Below are positions 9,701 through 18,024 of a stretch of 64,000 nucleotides of DNA, in pieces; within the stretch, counting starts at the first letter, position 1, and each line of letters begins with the position of its first letter. The notes under the pieces were generated by a model. That model saw nothing but the letters and a program-made list of their open reading frames with translations. It made no database searches and was not told where the DNA came from. The DNA comes from Alteromonas sp. (GTDB taxonomy: Bacteria > Margulisbacteria > Marinamargulisbacteria > UBA6595): the NCBI GenBank assembly GCA_964220215.1, contig CAXPTH010000007.1, positions 1 through 64,000 of the forward strand, given 5' to 3'. The position numbers and the translations under genes were made by a program.

Positions 9701-10012
9701 ATTTAAATTTTGATTGATGCCCAAATAACCGCCCAACCGAGAGGCTTGCGCCGAGTCCACGTTGTTATTCACCACAACCCCAGCGTTTGGCACCGAATAG
9801 GACCGAAAATAATTGTCGGAGAATCCGGCGCCATTGGCACTCGCAATATCCACAACGGATGTCCCGGAACCAAGGGTATAAACCTGGGTATTTTTACCCT
9901 TACTGGAGTCAACCTCAATGGGCTCAAGAGCCAAGACCCACGGGGTTAATACCGTGTTTAGTATTAATTGAACCATTAACCATACAGCCGTGTAGTGTCG
10001 GATTGCCTTCAT
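3719..10012 (-). CDS. Filamentous-haemagglutinin family TpsA / CdiA-like exoprotein (2097 aa)
   Basis: Signal peptide, TPS domain (ANPNGI, IDSSQLGGMYANAIRMVSTEGGVGV), CdiA-type RLGD…LT.DQQAALDSDIIWLV…VLAPQLF segment, haemagglutinin repeats, lower-GC C-terminus. Confidence 0.9.
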   Translation of the reverse strand: MKAIRHYTAVWLMVQLILNTVLTPWVLALEPIEVDSSKGKNTQVYTLGSGTSVVDIASANGAGFSDNYFRSYSVPNAGVVVNNNVDSAQASRLGGYLGINQNLNNANGAATTILFQITGTGQTVLEGPTEIYGQRANFMVANPNGIYVNGGGFYNAPRVTLTTGQPILNQGQLDAIHVAGGTITVGPGGLLALPVDANVDSVELLARGIKLNGAIYANQATLVAGRNAIDYAALGSGDPAVMMAGIAPLSTEGGPAPSFAIDSSQLGGMYANAIRMVSTEGGVGVRFQAKQLAQSGSLFLDANGTIQIADTGALVGQSGVSITGESVANDGVVLAGDVPTVLGLVSDADGQAADLSITATGTAETDGRVDNTGYLLAGGDLTIEAERITNTGTLTTVWLDYDSDTQTWHRRDTGERVEVPHSAREWRDITDTVTGATHRYYRDTATGDWVHAETGEPLVLQVGEWVYYDGDWRDPDTYDAMDATGMSVAWDDTTYTASAIEWVDTYTPAVIQSGQAMVLDGAVTNELAEIEAGNTLTITGALTNTGHALEQTVAIDAHRWAQTGTVKHRFKENVRVYSHTHCWGWGPWRGCKDHYKWIPTYYSDPLYSWVEDPIVHTATRERTVHQGDVVAGTASGQWLDVGRLFVMASPGSEFMYQLDADYAGGAGPYTVDSSYFMTQYGSGVGQRLGDAVFEYLQLRQQYWQAYGEDLEADELRGLYDAAILEGQKHGFIVGQALTLDQQAALDSDIIWLVYQTVNGEPVLAPQLFVANPSASPVNFLTRLAGESVRFESDVHNSASVFGQSVQLTGASVANTGRIRGGNTVSATLDRLDNRGKIIGQSVGLAVSDQLANAGDIQAEDGLTLSGGAIQNTGRLRGNTVAITDADTVTLTGAIQADTAVNIAVNGDLVVDVVTDTSTDGTSTHTEIRQRGLISGQSVDLRADGHITSTGGVIQGGDSVSVQGDEGVGLGAVEQSHESAHATSISHTGTQLISGGSAMIQSSAGDVVIQASDVAVIGDMTVDTAGDLAITSLEHAGQVHGFQLQDVSHGSMVVGGNANLSGESIAIRGESVVAGGSMTLDATDAVVIESVQKKTNYADSDFTLSREEQVKSAVQSGGDLSVHGRTVEVRASDVVSNGSVSIKADDSVTIESESNTFFSKLHHESSGSFGAKKSKTETVRTRDTVQSNIVGNGVTIESGKDTRIKGSTVQSAGDLSLKADGGIQILNDWDVAERHVEKSETGMGHASGQSHTKGSASATVVGSALVADGAVAVDAGESVVMQGSAIAGDSVDVTAETGVAIVSAENQTQTVDHKKRHGAFGYKKVTESDTLSVTQTGSAVDAGTDVTVAGGDFLRVAGSSIQANGQVDVAADTIRVEAVEEREYRRDYEMKQTMGSVKGVLTEDEQIEAGTQYNQNIHETIRDERTMKGSVIAGAGGVRMTAGAGTDGTVDIVGSDVVSEGDINISAGGDVTITAAAERLDVTETEQDLTVMVGAVAGNAYVDAVNTVGYIDEANRQLRKANQELKRLESLRAAGKASDRAIELAKANVAVAAANVAAATAQVAKAAKKAANTASTYGFYGEGLVRTTGTERKQEATTIRHRGSAVLGETVTIASGGTAGVQGSAVKAEQALRIQAKDVEIESVADSHTHTDKTQAVNGEVRVGQAGPSGSLTHSDSKTKRGYLRQVVSELTGQSVAINAEEDLTIAGGVVRGETVAVNAGGDVTVRSVVDVDTMEHTNQSATVGTGTLGGSMGYATHRSERVGTVSSITGESVVVEADGVAVVGGVIAATDAAGADTGELTLKANQLTVSDVALKTDSERLQLGGRTVGSGASVPAGESHSTGQTTVSLGYGKYDRLDRVTGTIGNGTVEVGNADALAGVNRDVDQVRETVSETDGGSFDASLTVDHRVFSQTGRSEMGSELKELPGNYGRSVRNVVGMPHYARNMLNKTQVVDKMRDPDPEKNPNPISPMTKEEAALHQYTIKAGSPENKKYVYNKHEAVYGYNPETGDHDILLKDIPGQAADMGSYNFAAKTYPDDYQGKRDPYPNWWRKGGHVIVDALPSIAFGNSPYDQTTIWMRGKESIKALRNYRNKNSNE

Positions 10013-10130
10013 AAAAAAACGCCTCTCTTATAAAACCATAAAAACTTAAATGCTAAAAAATATTATCTAAAAAAATATTATCGCAATCTGCTTCTATTTG
10101 TCTAGAGACCTGTTGTCCGCTTGACTAATC

Positions 10131-11840
10131 TTATAGTTTTAACAACTGATTGAGTTCAGCGAGTAGCGGTGGGATTGCGGCATCATCCCCTTGCGCCTCT
10201 TTTTCACGAATACTGGCTTTAATCGCCTGCATGCGCTGCTTTGCATACCGATCTTGCAACAACGCTAGGCATGCGTCAAAATCCGCCACCGCCGTGGTGT
10301 CGTATTCCATCATGGACTTCGCCACATCGGAGCGAATCGCATCGGGTATAGCCTCCAAGCTGAGCGCACCGGTTGCGGTTGCCAACGCTTGGAACAGGGC
10401 TTGGTTTTGCTCAGTGTGAATCATCGCAATCTGAATCTCAGCAACCCCACGGGCGCGACAGCCTTCATCCAAAAACATCGCACACAGCACCACCGCTTCG
10501 GCCTTGGTGTATTTGGAAACGGCTGTGGGTCGAGCTGCGGATCGCTTTTTCATGCTAGGATTCACTGCCATTAACTGTATTTTGTCTTGAATAATTGTGG
10601 GGTCAATCTGTGTGGCTTTAGCGACTTGCTGAATATAATGTTGGCGCACAATTGGATCGGTTTGCCGCTGAATAAAGGGTGCAACCGCCTCAACCATGGC
10701 GCGTTTTGCTTGGCCATCGGGCTGCCCTCCTCGCATCAATTGCTTCAAACGGAACTCGACTGGATTTAAGGCCGTTTCCAATTGCTGATAAAACCCCTCC
10801 GAGCCCTGTTGGGCTAAAAAATCAGCCGGATCGAGCCCCTGCAAATCGAGCAACTGAACCGGCACATTGGCCCGATCCAATGCCTGGCTGCTTTTTGTCA
10901 TGGCGGCTTGCCCGGCAGCGTCAGAATCCATAGCCAAAATAATGGTGCTGTCTTTTAATCCATCGATATGGGCATCGGACAACGCCGTTCCCATAGTGGC
11001 CACCGTATGGCATAGGCCATGCGTGTGTGCAGCCAGCACGTCCATATACCCCTCCACTAAAATGCACGACTGAGTTTTTTTAATGGCCGCCTTCGCCTGA
11101 TACCCCCCATAAAGCAACCGGTTTTTATTAAAAACTAGGGTCTCCGGTGAATTTAAATACTTTGGGCCGGTATCGGTTCGGTATAATCGGCCCCCAAACC
11201 CGACGGTACGCCCTCGATGATCTAAAATTGGAAACACAATGCGATGCCGAAACCGTGCCACCAACTCACCGGATTCCGTGCGAAGGGCCAACCCTGCATC
11301 CACCAGAACGGACTCTGGGATACCCCCCCCTACACTCGCCTGCACCGAGGCTTGGGGCGTCACCCCCACGCTAAATTGATCAAGAACCGCCGGTGAAATC
11401 CCCCGGCCCTTGAGATACTCCTGAGCAGCGGAATCCGACTTCAGCGCATCCCGACAACACAACCGAAACAGATCCAACGCCTTGTACACCATGGCATAGC
11501 GATCCAATTGGGCTTTATCCGATTCGCGAAGGGCCTGATACTCCACGCTAATCCCCAATAATTTGGCAATGTGAATTACGGCATCCACAAACCCCACATG
11601 CTCCATATCACGCACAAAACCAATGGCATCCCCCGCTTTGTGACACCCAAAACAATAGTACATATTTTTATCGGCATTCACGGTAAACGAGGGGGTCTTT
11701 TCCCCATGAAAGGGGCACAGACCCACATAGTTTTTCCCGCGTTTTTTTAATTGAATATACGATTGAATAACCGGAACAATTTGAACCGCTTGTTTAACAG
11801 CCGCTACGGTGGTATCGGATAGGCGCTGATTATCCACCAT
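10131..11840 (-). CDS. dnaG: DNA primase
   Basis: CHC2 zinc finger (CPFHGEKTPSF…CFGC), PKYLNSPET, TOPRIM EGYMD. Confidence 0.95.
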   Translation of the reverse strand: MVDNQRLSDTTVAAVKQAVQIVPVIQSYIQLKKRGKNYVGLCPFHGEKTPSFTVNADKNMYYCFGCHKAGDAIGFVRDMEHVGFVDAVIHIAKLLGISVEYQALRESDKAQLDRYAMVYKALDLFRLCCRDALKSDSAAQEYLKGRGISPAVLDQFSVGVTPQASVQASVGGGIPESVLVDAGLALRTESGELVARFRHRIVFPILDHRGRTVGFGGRLYRTDTGPKYLNSPETLVFNKNRLLYGGYQAKAAIKKTQSCILVEGYMDVLAAHTHGLCHTVATMGTALSDAHIDGLKDSTIILAMDSDAAGQAAMTKSSQALDRANVPVQLLDLQGLDPADFLAQQGSEGFYQQLETALNPVEFRLKQLMRGGQPDGQAKRAMVEAVAPFIQRQTDPIVRQHYIQQVAKATQIDPTIIQDKIQLMAVNPSMKKRSAARPTAVSKYTKAEAVVLCAMFLDEGCRARGVAEIQIAMIHTEQNQALFQALATATGALSLEAIPDAIRSDVAKSMMEYDTTAVADFDACLALLQDRYAKQRMQAIKASIREKEAQGDDAAIPPLLAELNQLLKL

Positions 11841-12750
11841 GGTTGAATGGCACCGGCTCGCTATGAAATCCCAATTGAGATAAGCAATACCCGGTTTCAG
11901 CGTGAAACATGGCTTTAAAGGCCGCCTGAAGCCGTGCGGTTGTGGTCCCATTTCCCACGGAAAAGGGCGTCTCGTTGATTTGGCGAACGGGCATTAAAAA
12001 CCGCAACGACGTGGTCATAAAACACTCTGAATATTGGTGAATGGTATCCAGCGGAATGACGGCTTCCCGATATCCAATGCCCAGTTCCTCGGCTAGCTTA
12101 GCCACGGATTGACGGGTAATGCCCACCAAGATTCGCCCATCCGCCGGTGGGGTTACTAGGCCAGATTCATCCACAAATACAATATTATAGGTATCGCCTT
12201 CTAAGACTTCTGGGTTAAGCCCAGGGGTTACATACAGCGGCGAGTCCACACCCTGAGGGAGCTGCTGGCGGGCCATGTAGGCGGCCACATAGTTGGTAAG
12301 CTTAACCGACGCCAGTTCGCGTTGATGCGGGTAGCTGCCCAACCACACCCCATGCTGATACAGCGCATCCGGGTATTGGGGCATGGCGGACACGTACACA
12401 TAAAATTCAGCGCGTATACCCACGGCGGTGGATTCGGAAGATTGCCCGGATAAAATGAGTCGGACCATGACCATATCGGCAGTTTCCTGAGCCGCCAGCA
12501 CCTCCTGAACAATGCCCTGCATCTGCGATTTGGATATAGTGGGCTGCATGCCAATGTGTTTGGCCGCTAAAAGAATGCGATCCAAATGACTGCTTAATCG
12601 AAAGACCACCGAGCCAACCGCAACCGCTGTTGAAAAGACGCGCATCCCTCGCATGGTGCCCAGCCCATCGTTTTGAATGCGAATAGCACAGTCTGCATTG
12701 GGAACGATGCCCCCATTAGAATACGACCAATACTGTGTTTCGTTTTTCAT
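11830..12750 (-). CDS. Aminotransferase class IV (IlvE/Dat/PabC-like)
   Basis: FRLSSHLDR, VKLTNY, ILVGITRQ motifs. Confidence 0.85.
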   Translation of the reverse strand: MKNETQYWSYSNGGIVPNADCAIRIQNDGLGTMRGMRVFSTAVAVGSVVFRLSSHLDRILLAAKHIGMQPTISKSQMQGIVQEVLAAQETADMVMVRLILSGQSSESTAVGIRAEFYVYVSAMPQYPDALYQHGVWLGSYPHQRELASVKLTNYVAAYMARQQLPQGVDSPLYVTPGLNPEVLEGDTYNIVFVDESGLVTPPADGRILVGITRQSVAKLAEELGIGYREAVIPLDTIHQYSECFMTTSLRFLMPVRQINETPFSVGNGTTTARLQAAFKAMFHAETGYCLSQLGFHSEPVPFNHGG

Positions 12751-12892
12751 AATCGTGTCATTTAGTATAGTGGAAAATAAATACAATTGCTATCAATTAA
12801 TGGTATACTTAAGAAGTAAAACGAGTTGGTGCTTCTATGATAAATACTGTTCAATTAACCAATCTAAGAACCCGGGGGATCTAAAACCGACG

Positions 12893-13816
12893 ATGCACGA
12901 TCGCTTTTCGATTACGATTCTCCGACCCAATCAGTCCCAAGCTGTTCGGGTATCGATGTCCAAATTTTGGGGCTACAGCCTTGCCATCAGCACGGTGGTC
13001 TTTGGGATTGGCCTGGTTGTATTGGGTGTTATTGTGACCCAAAAATGGAGCACTATTCAACACTATGATCGTTTAAAAGCCAAGTACGATGCTCAGCATC
13101 AGCAAGTTGAAGACTTGTCCCTCCAATTGGAAAGTCTCCAATCCACGGTATCGGCCATTATTGACACCCAGTCGTCTCTGGAAGGCATGTTGCCCAATAA
13201 ACGCAACACCTACAGTAAAAAAAAAATCGCTTATAGCATTCAACAGTTTAATAATGCGTTTCGAGTCCCCCAAGATACGCCCCCGATTCAAACCCTACAA
13301 CAACAACTCGGTGTGTTAAGCGACCACGTGAATACACTGGTAGACAAATACACGTATATCAATAGTCAATTTTCAAAATATCAAAAGCGCTTGGATCAAA
13401 TCCCCTCTATCTGGCCCGTACACGGTTATATTAAATCCAAATTTGGGTTTCGCACCCACCCTATATTAGGCAAGCGCATGTTTCACTACGGGGTGGACAT
13501 CCCCTCCTGGCTGGGAACTCCCATACGGGCCACGGCGGACGGCCGTGTGATTGTGGCACGCTATATTAAAGGATTGGGCATGACCGTAATTGTGGAACAT
13601 GGGTATGGCTACAAGACCATTTATGCCCATGTTAGCAAGATTCATGTTCGCCCCAATGACCGCATCAAAAAGGGGCAGGTGATTGCGAATGTGGGCGCCA
13701 CCGGATTGGTGACAGCCCCCAGCTTGCATTATGAAGTGTGGCGGTATCAAAAACGCATTGATCCGATGCCGTTTTTAAACTTGGAATTATTTGCAGCTGC
13801 GCCCAACGTGTGGTAA
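12893..13816 (+). CDS. M23 family metallopeptidase with TM helix and coiled coil
   Basis: HYGVD, YAHV and LHYEV motifs. Confidence 0.9.
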   Translation: MHDRFSITILRPNQSQAVRVSMSKFWGYSLAISTVVFGIGLVVLGVIVTQKWSTIQHYDRLKAKYDAQHQQVEDLSLQLESLQSTVSAIIDTQSSLEGMLPNKRNTYSKKKIAYSIQQFNNAFRVPQDTPPIQTLQQQLGVLSDHVNTLVDKYTYINSQFSKYQKRLDQIPSIWPVHGYIKSKFGFRTHPILGKRMFHYGVDIPSWLGTPIRATADGRVIVARYIKGLGMTVIVEHGYGYKTIYAHVSKIHVRPNDRIKKGQVIANVGATGLVTAPSLHYEVWRYQKRIDPMPFLNLELFAAAPNVW

Positions 13817-13825
13817 GGTCACGAT

Positions 13826-14203
13826 ATGAAAAAACGATCCGGTGTTGTGCAATCGATTGTGGGCCCTGAAACCGATGTTCGGGGTGTTTTGCGCAGCGAA
13901 AACGCCATCCAAATTGAAGGGTATTTTGAAGGCGAAATTTTTGTTAAAAACGATGTGTATGTGGCTGAAAACAGCACCGTCAAAGCCACCATTCGCGCCC
14001 ATCGGGTGATTGTATCGGGGGAAGTTATCGGAGACATTGAGGCCCTGCAAACTGTTACTGTGAACAAAACCGGCCGGGTGTATGGCAACATTGCCGGCAA
14101 TGAATTGCATGTTGAACCCGGGGGCGTGTATAAAGGCAATGTGAACATGGATGTGATTAGCAGTTACAATGACTACGAAGGCATGGCCAAATTTGTTCAA
14201 TAA
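13826..14203 (+). CDS. Bactofilin (polymer-forming cytoskeletal protein)
   Basis: I.IEGYFEGEI…V.ATI.A..VIVSGEV.GDI beta-helix repeats; follows an M23 gene. Confidence 0.9.
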   Translation: MKKRSGVVQSIVGPETDVRGVLRSENAIQIEGYFEGEIFVKNDVYVAENSTVKATIRAHRVIVSGEVIGDIEALQTVTVNKTGRVYGNIAGNELHVEPGGVYKGNVNMDVISSYNDYEGMAKFVQ

Positions 14204-14976
14204 TGTATTTATTTGATACCCACGCTCACCCCCATTTGTGTACGGACACGCCCCTGAACGCCTTGGTTGATCGGGCAAAAGCCGCTGGGTTGGTGGGCAT
14301 GATGAGCGTGGCGATTGATCTGGACTCTGCCCGAGACGCCATCCAACAAAGCGAGGACTACCCGGGGTTTATTTGGCCAACGGCAGGGATTCACCCCACA
14401 TCGGTTGCGGATGACGACCAGATCACCGAGCTGGAGGCGATTATTCAGGCACATGATGTGTACGCCATTGGCGAATGCGGGCTGGATTTTTATCGAGATA
14501 CCAACCCGTCTGCGGGCTTGCAAACCGATTATTTTCGGGCACAATTGGACATTGCCAAACGCTACGATTTACCGGTGATTATTCATGCTCGCCATGCCGA
14601 TGCCGAACTGGTTCCTATTTTGCTTGATTACCCCGATATCCCCAAAGTTATTCATTGTTTTAGCTCCCCCTGGTCCGTTGTTGAGGCCCTGTTGGACACG
14701 GCAACGTGGTTTAGTTTTACTGGCATTGTAACCTACACACACTACGACCCTGAGGTGGTTGAGCGGTTGCCCTTGCATCGCATGATGATTGAAACCGACT
14801 GCCCCTATTTAACCCCACTGAGCCACCGCGGCACCGCCAACGAACCGGCGTTTGTATCAGCCATTTGTGCTCAAATTGCCGCCATCAAATCCCTAACCCC
14901 TGAAACAGTGGCTGCGGCAACGACCCAAACCGCCATTGATTTTTTCAAATTACCGACTGCGGTTCCAGCGACTTAA
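14203..14976 (+). CDS. tatD: TatD family hydrolase/DNase
   Basis: DTHAH, GIHP, AIGECGLD, IHCF, ETDCPYL. Confidence 0.93.
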   Translation: MYLFDTHAHPHLCTDTPLNALVDRAKAAGLVGMMSVAIDLDSARDAIQQSEDYPGFIWPTAGIHPTSVADDDQITELEAIIQAHDVYAIGECGLDFYRDTNPSAGLQTDYFRAQLDIAKRYDLPVIIHARHADAELVPILLDYPDIPKVIHCFSSPWSVVEALLDTATWFSFTGIVTYTHYDPEVVERLPLHRMMIETDCPYLTPLSHRGTANEPAFVSAICAQIAAIKSLTPETVAAATTQTAIDFFKLPTAVPAT

Positions 14977-14982
14977 TTCCCA

Positions 14983-15876
14983 ATGTTGCGTCGACTGACT
15001 CAGTACCAACAGGCCTTGCGGACCGTGCATGGCGGCCTAAACCAGGGGTTGAGTATGCAACAAAGTTTGGGGTTGTTGCTGCCAAACCAACCGTTGGCCA
15101 CCCTGCATGCGGCATTGGATCGCGGGATTCCCCTGCACACCGCCCTCGTCTTGCCCCGAGGCATCCCCACCCTGGATGCCCCGATTGCGGATCCACTGCG
15201 CTATATTCGCCAACTGGATCAGCATGTAACGCACCGAATTGACACCCTCAAGCAGTTGGGGCGTCGGTTAATCTACCCGAGCGTATTGTTTGCGGGGCTG
15301 CTCGTCAATGCCGTGGTGATGCACACGGTGGTTGTGCCAAGCCTATACACCTTGGGGGACCCGCCCACGGCATTGTCTCTTTATAATCGAGGCGTGCACG
15401 CACTGGCTGCCCATCGGTGGGATAGTTTGTTGGGTCTGGGCCTGGTGGCTTCGTTGGCTGGGCCATGGCTCTGTGCGAGAATTCAACGCGTATGGGGTCG
15501 GCTCAATCGGGATTGGCACACGGCCACGGCATTAACGGGTATTCATATGCGTGTCACCCAAGGATTGCCCATTCACAGCTGCCTGCGCCATGCGGGTATT
15601 CTCCCAGACCCCAGCACACGCATTAGCGATGCCCTAGCGGCGGCATTTCAGTTAAGCCCCGTCCATCGGCACCGATTAGCGATTGGGGAGCAAAGCGGAG
15701 ACTGGGAATCCCATTTAGCGGGTATTATTCACGGATTGACGGCCAGCCATCAAGACCGAATTAACCGATGCATTGCACTGATCCCGGCCCTGTTGTTGGT
15801 CATTATTGGGGGGTACATGCTCGTTTTCTTTTCGATTCTGTTTCAGCCGTTGGCTCAATCGATTCATTATTTGTAA
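14983..15876 (+). CDS. Type II secretion F / PilC-like membrane protein, divergent
   Basis: LIYPSVL, LAIGEQSGD and terminal TM ending LFQPL. Confidence 0.7.
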   Translation: MLRRLTQYQQALRTVHGGLNQGLSMQQSLGLLLPNQPLATLHAALDRGIPLHTALVLPRGIPTLDAPIADPLRYIRQLDQHVTHRIDTLKQLGRRLIYPSVLFAGLLVNAVVMHTVVVPSLYTLGDPPTALSLYNRGVHALAAHRWDSLLGLGLVASLAGPWLCARIQRVWGRLNRDWHTATALTGIHMRVTQGLPIHSCLRHAGILPDPSTRISDALAAAFQLSPVHRHRLAIGEQSGDWESHLAGIIHGLTASHQDRINRCIALIPALLLVIIGGYMLVFFSILFQPLAQSIHYL

Positions 15877-16049
15877 TTTCGAAAAAATCAACAAATCGAC
15901 AATACATCACAGCCTCAGAAACCGTCAGACACCCAAGCAGGCCCTTCAGCAATCAATCGGGTGCCTAGCCCATGTCGAAACCAAGCCCAACGCCGAGGAA
16001 CTAACAATTAACAACGGTATCTGGGTGTGTTATACTGTCTAGGTAGTAA

Positions 16050-18011
16050 ATGTCGACAAATAAAGAAATACAGTATGACGCCTCCCACATTAAAGTCCTC
16101 GAAGGGCTGGAAGCGGTTCGAAAGCGTCCGGGGATGTACATTGGATCTACCGGAAAGCCGGGGCTGAACCATTTAATATTTGAGGTTGTTGACAACAGCA
16201 TTGATGAGGCCATGGCCGGGTACTGTACCGATGTGCATGTTACGATTGGGCCAGACAACATTGTCACGGTTTCAGACAACGGTCGGGGAATTCCGATTGA
16301 TACCCATAAAGAAAAAAACATGCCTGCGGTTGAAGTGGTTATGACCACGTTGCATGCCGGAGGTAAATTTGAAGGCGAAGGGTACAAAGTATCCGGCGGG
16401 TTGCACGGTGTGGGCGTATCCGTGGTGAATGCATTGGCCGATTGGCTAACCGTTACCGTCCACCGGGATGGCAAACGGTATGAGCAACGCTACGAACGTG
16501 GGCATGCCCAAGCGGCCGGTATCTTATCCGATGCGCCGGGCCAGCCCACGGGTACCGTTATTGCATTTAAACCCGATGCCACTATTTTTGATGACATTGA
16601 ATTCACCCGCGAGGTCATCGAGCATCGCTTAAAAGAGCTGGCTTTCTTAAACCGTGGGGTTACAATCGTATTTACCGATTCTCGGGATCCCGAGGACACG
16701 GTTACGCATACGTTTCATTATGAAGGCGGTATTGTCGCCTATGTCGAAAGCTTGACCGCTGGAAAAGAGCGGTTGTTTGAACCCCCTATTTATATGAAGC
16801 GGGATCGCGATGATTACGAAGTCGAAGTCTCCCTTCAATACATTGACAATTATTACGACGAAACCGTTGTTTCGTTTGCCAATAATATTCGAACCAAAGA
16901 GGGGGGTACCCACTTATCGGGGTTTCGCAGTGCCTTAACCCGTGTGATCAATGCCTTTGCCAAAAAATACGACTTATTAAAAGACAAAACCAAGCCGCTG
17001 ACCGGTAATGATCTGCGTGAAGGATTAACCGCCGTCATCAGTGTAAAATTAAGGGACCCCCAGTTTGAAGGGCAAACCAAAACCAAACTGGGCAACTCAG
17101 AAGTCAAAGGGATCGTGGATTCGTTGTTGGATGAAGCGTTATCGGACTACATTGAAACCCAGCCCAAAGTTGGAAAAGCCATTGTCGCCAAAGGCCTATT
17201 GGCTCAGCAAGTACGCGAGGCCTCTCGCAAAGCGCAGGAATTGGTTCGGCGAAAAACCAGTTTAGAAAGCACAACTTTGCCCGGAAAATTGGCCGATTGT
17301 TCAGAAAAAGACCCCAGTTTATGCGAATTGTTCTTAGTTGAAGGGGATTCCGCCGGTGGTTCGGCTAAACAAGGCCGAGACCGAAACTGTCAGGCCATTC
17401 TGCCGTTGCGCGGAAAAGTGCTCAACGTTGAAAAAGCCCGTTTAGATAAGATCTTGGCGAACGAAGAGATTCGGACCTTGATCACGGCTATTGGCCCAGA
17501 AGCCATTGCCAGTTTGCAAAATACTGATGCGGAAGACGTCTTGGATGCCGAAACAGTCTTGGCCAAATTGCGGTATCACAAGATTGTCATTATGACCGAC
17601 GCAGACGTGGACGGGGCGCATATTCGGACCTTATTGCTGACGTTCTTCTTCCGCTATGCCCGGCCCTTAGTGGAGGCCGGGTGTTTGTACATTGCGCAAC
17701 CACCCTTGTACTTAGTTAAAAAAGGCAGTGTTCGGCGGTATTGTTATTCGGACAACGACTTGGATGCGTGTTTGGACGAGATTGGGCGAGAGCGCATCAG
17801 CATTCAGCGATACAAAGGACTGGGAGAAATGAACCCCGATCAGCTATGGGACACGACCCTGGATCCGGATAGTCGGACCTTATTGCAGGTTAATTTGGAT
17901 GATGCCGAAACGGCGGATCATATTTTTGCCTTATTAATGGGTGGCGAGGTGGAGCCACGACGCGCGTTTATTGAGCAATATGGCAAAACGGTGCGTTGGA
18001 TTGATGTGTAA
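16050..18011 (+). CDS. gyrB: DNA gyrase subunit B
   Basis: VRKRPGMYIG, VEGDSAGG, QRYKGLGEM. Confidence 0.97.
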   Translation: MSTNKEIQYDASHIKVLEGLEAVRKRPGMYIGSTGKPGLNHLIFEVVDNSIDEAMAGYCTDVHVTIGPDNIVTVSDNGRGIPIDTHKEKNMPAVEVVMTTLHAGGKFEGEGYKVSGGLHGVGVSVVNALADWLTVTVHRDGKRYEQRYERGHAQAAGILSDAPGQPTGTVIAFKPDATIFDDIEFTREVIEHRLKELAFLNRGVTIVFTDSRDPEDTVTHTFHYEGGIVAYVESLTAGKERLFEPPIYMKRDRDDYEVEVSLQYIDNYYDETVVSFANNIRTKEGGTHLSGFRSALTRVINAFAKKYDLLKDKTKPLTGNDLREGLTAVISVKLRDPQFEGQTKTKLGNSEVKGIVDSLLDEALSDYIETQPKVGKAIVAKGLLAQQVREASRKAQELVRRKTSLESTTLPGKLADCSEKDPSLCELFLVEGDSAGGSAKQGRDRNCQAILPLRGKVLNVEKARLDKILANEEIRTLITAIGPEAIASLQNTDAEDVLDAETVLAKLRYHKIVIMTDADVDGAHIRTLLLTFFFRYARPLVEAGCLYIAQPPLYLVKKGSVRRYCYSDNDLDACLDEIGRERISIQRYKGLGEMNPDQLWDTTLDPDSRTLLQVNLDDAETADHIFALLMGGEVEPRRAFIEQYGKTVRWIDV

Positions 18012-18024
18012 CGGAGTATAGAGC

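Noticed and set aside
4277..10014. Numerous short overlapping ORFs within the TpsA gene and other long genes
   Set aside because: Shadow frames of well-supported genes
15877..16049. oriC or ncRNA upstream of gyrB
   Set aside because: No DnaA-box cluster, no dnaA/dnaN and no recognisable RNA motif
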